Origin: Paragordius varius
Taxonomy: Eukaryota; Animalia; Nematomorpha
Length of the DNA stretch: 64,000 nt
NCBI GenBank assembly: GCA_964247055.1
Contig: OZ176052.1
Location: 8,804,001 to 8,868,000 of the forward strand
Direction: 5' to 3'
The notes under the pieces were generated by a model. It had not been told where the DNA came from and searched no databases. It saw nothing but the letters and a program-made list of their open reading frames with translations. Position numbers and translations under genes: made by a program. The first letter of the stretch is position 1. The number at the start of each line of letters is the position of its first letter. Below are positions 58,778 through 64,000 of this stretch, in pieces.

Positions 58778-58870
58778 TTTTGTGCCAGAGTTTGAAAAAC
58801 TAAACAGCTCCATTATTTATCTACACAGTCAGTCCTTTGAACCTTAATCTAAAAGGAAAAAAGAGACTAC
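58778..58870 (+). mobile_element. Deleted third copy of the tRNA-derived SINE
   Basis: GTGCCAGAGTTTGAA and tail AAAAGGAAAAAAGAGACT shared with the 57719-57912 element. Confidence 0.5.
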
Positions 58871-60465
58871 ATACAATATATCCTTGTGTACTATTTATTA
58901 TTATTTTTGATTATATGGTTCTCCAATTATGTTTTTTATTTGAACCATCGCATTAGGCTATGTGATACTTCGCTAAAGGGTTTACCATTTTAAACCGGTT
59001 TCATTTCTCAAATAATCATAACCACACTGGCTTAAATTTTAAGCTCCGTAAAATCTGTTAGCTTAATTTGGTTTTATGCCAGGAAAGTTTACAATAGAAT
59101 CTATTGCGGTTAGAAGGTTGATTTAGTAATAGTTGCACAGGTTTGAATTGACATAGAAAAGGTTGACAAGATTTTTAAACAATGGTGGAGTTTTGGTATT
59201 AAAAATGTATCGGAAAGCTATATTATATTACATAACCTTTACATAACGGTTAATAATCAAGGTAAGGAAGCAGTAATACAACGTATTGTTCATTTGCATT
59301 ATCATGTAAGGATATTAATTTTTTGTAAAATGATTCCAGAATTTGATCTTATGAATTAATTTCTTTGGACATTGTATATAAAATGTTTTAGTTTGATTTT
59401 TCTATATATCATGTTTGAAATAGGAGTTTCGCTTTTAAACCGGATTATAATTTGTATCTTATTATGCAAATGTTATTCTTTTTGTCCGATCTTTTTATGA
59501 AATACCATCTAACAAGTCAAATTTTATAAACCTTTTCAATATTTTTATTTAGTAAGGTAGAAAGCCCATTGTGGAGAAACAAGTGTTACCCTATGCCCCA
59601 AACGCTATAATTAAGATGAATAATTTATTTTTTAAGCCCATGGTAAATATATTTATTCATTAACTCACCATTAAAAAATCTTTCACCAGGTGCTACAAAA
59701 ATTGTAATGAAAAAAGCTTAACTACTGCAGATTAAAATAAATTTATATTGACGAATTGAATTTAACATTTCATTGCATTTTCATTTTTGGCACGCGAATA
59801 CATTTTGCGGAAGTTTTCTACCCCAGAAGCAGTAAACAAACTACTATTTTAAAAGTTTAGTTTCAATATAATTTTCAAACCCCCTTCCCCTGATAACTTA
59901 GGGTTTAAACAATTTTTTAACTTCCAGACAAATTCAGATAGTTACAAAACATGAAAACGAACGCTATTAAAATCAAGAAAGTTTTCAAAGTTATTAATAT
60001 TTTCAAACATAATATACATTTTTTGCCTGTTGGATTCATAAAGAATTAATGAAAAAAATGGCGGAAAAGTTTGAGATGAAGGTTTTTTTATAACTTTATA
60101 TTTTTTTTAAAAAAATTGTATCATGCGCCCAATACGCTAAAGAAAGTAAATTATTAAATTTGGCCTAATGCTAAAAATATTTTTTAAAATATTAAAGTAT
60201 TGAGTGTTAAAGATAAAAAATAAAATTTATAAACCAATTAGGATAAAATTTTTCTCAAATTTATTTTATTTGCCATTGAAAACAACTACAGTTACAGCCA
60301 ATAAATAATAAGGTAAACCGTTTGAATGAATCTTAAACTAATAGAGTTATTTCCGCACCTTGTGTCCATAAATCAATATTTCATTTTAATTTAGTTAAAT
60401 TAATTATCGAATGGGACACATAATGACAGTTTTGATAAAGCGTGTGTTTGTCTTTTTAATATATA

Positions 60466-61710
60466 CAGTAAATATAAACTTTGAATATTTGTAATAAAGA
60501 TTTAAATATTAAGAGTAAAACAATGAATATTTATAAAAAGAAAAAAAACAAAGGGCCATAGTGTATGTGTAAGAATCACCATGCCCATTACATAATAAAT
60601 ATTTACTATTAAAGAAAAAAGGAAAGGAAAGGCATTTACTGAATATGTATACTACCATTTCCATGCCCCTATTTACGTGAGCATTACCATGCCCATTAAA
60701 TAATAATTATTTTTACTGATTATGTAATACCATACCATTACCATGCCTATATCACTGGAAAGAATAGTTTACACATAAATTTTTTTCCCATAACAAGGAT
60801 GGTGATAGAATCTTAAATAATAGCAAGCTGCAAACAACTGATTTAGAAGCCTATTTAAAATATTTGAATTCGACTCAAAGCAACCCTTATAAAAATTATA
60901 AACATACAAAAATTTATTTAAAAATTTATGAATAAAAATGTATAAAAACATGTTCATAATAAATATAATTTAAAACACCTCCAAATGAGATAAATTAACG
61001 TGATGAACCACAAAAATATTAATAAAAACTATATCTATAATTGTTTTCATTGTCTAATTTTTGTCGTTTCAAAGCAATATTTAATAAAATATCATGACAA
61101 AAATTATAATAATTTTTTAAAGACTTAATTTTACGTTCATCACATAAACGACCTATTCGAAGGTGTTGTTTTAAATAATTTTTACACCTAGGTGTTTTAT
61201 AATAATAAAATTTTATTTTATGAAAAAGATTTTCTATAGTATTAAGTTGAGGGGAATAAGGCGGTAAGAAAACAAGCCTATTTCTTAATTCCGCAGCTCT
61301 ATGAATTGGCTTCAAATTTTAAATATGCTCTTAAATCAATTGTTTGCAGCTTGCTATTATTTAAGATTCTATCACCATCCTTGTTATGGGAAAAAAATTT
61401 ATGTGTAAACTATTCTTTCCAGTGATATAGGCATGGTAATGGTATGGTATTACATAATCAGTAAAAATAATTATTATTTAATGGGCATGGTAATGCTCAC
61501 GTAAATAGGGGCATGGAAATGGTAGTATACATATTCAGTAAATGCCTTTCCTTTCCTTTTTTCTTTAATAGTAAATATTTATTATGTAATGGGCATGGTG
61601 ATTCTTACACATACACTATGGCCCTTTGTTTTTTTCTTTTTATAAATATTCATTGTTTTACTCTTAATATTTAAATCTTTATTACAAATATTCAAAGTTT
61701 ATATTTACTG
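60466..61710 (-). mobile_element. Non-autonomous Tc1/IS630-superfamily element with about 400-bp TIRs and a transposase C-terminal remnant
   Basis: TA|CAGTAAATATAAAC...GTTTATATTTACTG|TA. Arms about 60466-60868 and 61311-61710. Internal peptide LVFLPPYSPQLNTIE (third DDE acidic motif) in 61315-61019. Confidence 0.88.
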
Positions 61711-61937
61711 TAAATATACTCTTCTCAAATATTAAATTTTTGATCAAACTAAAAATTATCCCAGAAATTAAATTTTAACAAAAATTTATATAATTTAACA
61801 TAATTACGCATATACTTCTCGTACAAAATATTAATATTCCTGATATAATATTGGAATGTGGGTATATTTGTTTGTCTGTAAATTACTTAATAAAAGTAAT
61901 AATAATAATAAATAGAATGGATGAATGATTAGTCACA

Positions 61938-62579
61938 TTAAACAATATTGCATTTGTTACGAAATTTGTCACGTCTTTTTTGTGATGATTTTCCCCGTTT
62001 AAGTGTATCTCCATTCCGCGGAGGAACGAACGGTAATTCATTGGATTGTAGTGATATATGCCGTCTTTTTTCTAGTTTAAGTAGGGATTCAAACACCTCA
62101 GTTATATTATGGTCAGATTTGGCACTCGTTTCCAAAAAGGCACATCCCCATACTTTAGCCTGTTTTTGGGCAATATCAGTCGTAACTGTTCGTTCGCCCA
62201 CTTCATCAATTTTATTTCCTACAAGAATTAATGGGATACGATCCATATCATCACACTTGATGTTGACAATCATGTCATAAATGACTGCTAATTCATCTAA
62301 TGATTGGAGGCTCGTTACACTGTAAACCAGGATAAAAGCGTGACCCTTGGCGATATTTAGGCGTTGCATAGCAGGGAATTGATGGGTCCCGGTCGTATCA
62401 GTTATTTGAAGCGTGCAAATGTGTTTGTTAGATGCCACAACTTGACGATAAATGTCCTCTATGGTAGGGAAATAGGATTCTTTAAATGAACCCTTCACGA
62501 ATCGTTGGATGATGGAAGATTTACCTACCCCGGCTGCACCCAAAACTACAACTCTATAATCATTACTTTGTTCTGGCAT
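61938..62579 (-). CDS. DIRAS1: Di-Ras (DIRAS1/2-like) small GTPase, 213 aa, single coding exon
   Basis: [22 protein letters not shown]...[10 protein letters not shown]...[31 protein letters not shown]...GNKID...ETSAK...CNIV (CaaX). Confidence 0.93.
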   Translation of the reverse strand: MPEQSNDYRVVVLGAAGVGKSSIIQRFVKGSFKESYFPTIEDIYRQVVASNKHICTLQITDTTGTHQFPAMQRLNIAKGHAFILVYSVTSLQSLDELAVIYDMIVNIKCDDMDRIPLILVGNKIDEVGERTVTTDIAQKQAKVWGCAFLETSAKSDHNITEVFESLLKLEKRRHISLQSNELPFVPPRNGDTLKRGKSSQKRRDKFRNKCNIV

Positions 62580-64000
62580 AATGGTCCAATATGTTATAAA
62601 GACAAGAAATTATATCAATTTAGTGAAATATATATGGTTTGCTTGATGTAAGTAGGACAAGTTTTTCCGTAATATATAAGAGAAAAATGATTAATTTTAA
62701 CATGGTGGAATTATTCTCTGACTCTTGTTTCTGGATGAATACGGTTGATGTAAATTAAAAAATATAGGCTTGCACGAAATTTTGAAGCAACACCCAGTTA
62801 ACAATGATGAATGAAATCTATTGGAATTGTGTGTGTTAAGGAATTTGCTCGTCTGTTAATTTTTAATTGAAAAATTGATTGATCCATGTGTTAACATGGC
62901 TATTTTATAATATAACTATCATTTGCAAAGAGTGTTAGTAACATAATATGGTAAAAACTACAAAACAGTAGGTAGAACGTCATTTTTGGCTAGCTTCAAT
63001 CAATATTAATCATTTTCAATATTTTTTAAATTTAAACAAAGGTTAAATTTGAATTGAACGGTAGTAATAAACAATACAATGATTTCATAGAATGTTAACG
63101 TATTTCCCTTAAATTAGCCATTTTTAGATATAAATGAGGCCAATATATAATTTATTTATATAATTTCTCTCTGTTCAAAAGGAACGCTTGTCGGCACGTA
63201 ATGCTTTGTGTAATAATAAAATGAAATATTATTAGTATAATATAAATATAATGCGGTGTTATTAAACGGATGATATTATCATAATTGAGATGAAATGTAA
63301 GTAACTTAATTTTCCTATATATATTTTTTGTTAGTACAACTGATATTGCGTGTTATAAGGATAAAATATACATTTAGCCAAGGATAAAGGTTTTAACTTT
63401 AGAAAACCATTAAATTAGATAGAGTTCATACTAGTTGCCGTCACTTTTATGGTGGGTCTTTTTTTAGTTTAAGATTGAGGAAATAGAGAAGTAATGGAAA
63501 TAAAAGATATGAATATAGATTTTATCCAACGTTTGAAGATATACTATATTTGATGCGCCCAATAACGATAAAAATAATTACCAGTTCTCTATGAAAAAAA
63601 ATCTATAAGCACACAATACCAAATGTACTCAGCGAACAGTAAAAATGTCAAAATAGCTGTGCTAATAGATAAGTGTATGTGTAGAATGTGACATAAATCT
63701 CTTTTAGTTATAGTAATGTAATAGCTATCCAGTCACCATAATAAATAATTTGTGTGCACGGAGTGTGAGGAAATATTACTGCTTGCTCTATACATAAGTG
63801 TTTATTAATTGCCTACATAGATATTACCATTTTAGTAGATAGCTAGCAGCTTAAAATTATTATTGGTAATATAATGTATTATATTTCGGATGCCTTGAGT
63901 TAAGGACAAGGGTTTCCCAGAAAAATGGATTCATAAATTTATTACTGTGTTCTTTTATACTTTGTCTCATATTTCAATTTGGTCTTTCTTTGGGATTAAT

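Noticed and set aside
1-64000. Assigning the organism (dicyemids have similarly tiny introns; other AT-rich parasitic invertebrates are possible)
   Set aside because: It cannot be determined without a database search; BLAST of FRG1, Rab10 or V-ATPase a would settle it.

Overview
Very AT-rich animal (invertebrate) nuclear genomic DNA, standard genetic code. This is not a prokaryotic window; most entries in the ORF track are single exons or noise. Reading the sequence by hand gives ten protein-coding genes: class I PITP (+, 4141-8017), a Ly6/uPAR three-finger GPI protein (-, 9702-10217), V-ATPase V0 subunit a (-, 14095-25079, with a frame-enforced mutually exclusive exon pair), FRG1 (+, 25149-29202), an intronless cNMP-binding/BTB/BACK protein (-, 29282-31969), a divergent SRSF4/5/6-type SR protein (-, 32529-34219), Rab10 (+, 43772-46033), NAA30/Mak3 (-, 46792-49090), a 161-aa Spalt-type double zinc finger (-) and Di-Ras (-). 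The rest is dense with transposon debris: RTE-type LINE relics, TTAA piggyBac-type MITEs, foldback-like MITEs, 1-kb GGG-ended elements forming a 2.2-kb inverted repeat, hAT relics, a long-TIR Tc1/IS630 derivative, a tRNA-derived SINE and a probable solo LTR. The most striking signals: (1) a class of 21-31 nt GT-AG spliceosomal introns, concentrated at gene 5' ends and separated by a size gap from introns of 81 nt and longer, including an 8-nt microexon between 23- and 25-nt introns; (2) an SR protein whose RRM2 lacks the SWQDLKD motif and whose RS tail is largely acidic; (3) a cNMP-BTB-BACK architecture that I do not recognise. All exon structures were inferred from homology and splice signals, with no transcript data. 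The organism cannot be named from this window.
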